From Raja brachyura (Eukaryota), in the NCBI GenBank assembly GCA_963514005.1, contig OY740791.1, forward strand, positions 43,028,001 to 43,092,000: a stretch of 64,000 nucleotides of DNA. Reading direction: 5' to 3'. Every line of letters begins with the position of its first letter. Position 1 is the stretch's first letter. The notes beneath the pieces are model-generated. The model was not told the DNA's origin. It saw only the letters and a program-made list of their open reading frames with translations, and did not search any database. Below are positions 62,823-64,000 of the stretch, piece after piece. The position numbers were made by a program, and so were the translations under genes.

Positions 62823-64000
62823 TGGCCTACCGTACTTTACCATATATAAACCCGCCCTCGAATATAAGAACCTGCATTGTGTTGGTCTAATCATGTTATC
62901 AGGCAACTGAACCACCCTGTCACCAACTAGAGAGTGGTCCTGACCTCCCATCTACCTCATTGGAGACCCTTGGACCATCTTTAATCAGACTTTACTGGGC
63001 TTTAGATACAAAAAGCTGGAGTAACTAAGTGGGTCAGGCAGCGTATCGGGGGAAAAGGAATAGGTGATATTTCAGGTCGAGACCCTTCTTGCACTATTCC
63101 CTTTATCCTGTATCTGTACACTGTGGACAGCTCGATTGTAATCATGTATAGTCTTTCCACCGACTGGATAGCACGCAACAAAAAAATCTTTTTGCTGTAC
63201 CTCAGTAAACGTGACAATAAACTCAACTAATCTAAGCCAAACTAAACTAAACTACAGTACAGAAACAGGTCTTGTACACATCTAGAGAAACTAGGAACTG
63301 CAGATACAAAAATAAACGACACAAAATGCTGGAGGAATAGTTTCACAGCGGCGCAGAGGGTAGAGCCACTGCCTCACAGTGCCAGAGACCCGGGTTTGGT
63401 CCTGACCGCGGGGGGTTAGTGTGTGGAGTTTGCACGTACTCCCTGTGACCGCGTGGGTTTTCTCTGGGTGCCCCGGTTTCCTCCCAAAATTCCACAAACC
63501 TGCGGGTTTGTAGGTTAATTGGCTTCTGTAAATTGCCCGTAGTGTGCAAGAAGTGGACGTGAAAGTGGGATCACATAGAACCAGTGTGAACGGAAGGTCT
63601 CGATGTTTCCATGCTGCATCTCTAAACTAAACTGAAATAAACTGCAGACAGCATCCCTGGAGAACATGGATAGGTGACATTTTGGGTCCACTTCTCTTCA
63701 GGCTGATTATAGGGATTTAGGGGGGCTGGTAGGTACAGCAATTTTACCAGGATGCTGCCTGGATTAGGGCCTATTAGCTTCAGGGAGAGGTTAGACAGTC
63801 TTGGATAGTTTTCTCTGTCTGGAATGTCGGAGGCTGAGGGGGGACGAGATAGCCGTATATAAAATCTAGAGAAGAATAGACAGGGTAGACAGTCAGAACC
63901 TTTTCCTCAAGGGTGCAAAACAAAGCAATAGTACCTGTGCAGAGAATAAACCTAACCCTACATCCAAAGTGAAAGGAAAGACTAAAGCAGACAAACTGCT

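Overview
Repeat-rich vertebrate genomic DNA, most likely a cartilaginous fish (skate/ray-like, inferred from the V-SINE/HE1-type SINEs, CR1 LINEs and Penelope repeats). One complete protein-coding gene can be built by hand on the minus strand: the MHC class II invariant chain CD74, 10 coding exons between 62675 and 40996. All introns are GT-AG with matching phases, giving 1026 nt / 341 aa. The model includes an extra 108-nt linker exon in front of the thyroglobulin type-1 exon. The remaining ~40 kb holds no confident gene. It contains a decayed DIRS1-like tyrosine-recombinase retrotransposon with an almost perfect 82-bp inverted repeat, many CR1, Rex1/Babar and SINE fragments, PIF/Harbinger-type, Tigger-type and hAT MITEs, and a probable Helitron end. 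It also carries more than 20 Penelope-derived repeats with minimal hammerhead-ribozyme motifs, often arranged as inverted pairs. A weak candidate for a degenerate secreted-peptide gene lies at 9.1-11.4 kb. There are two assembly gaps. Most ORFs in the supplied track are repeat-derived noise.
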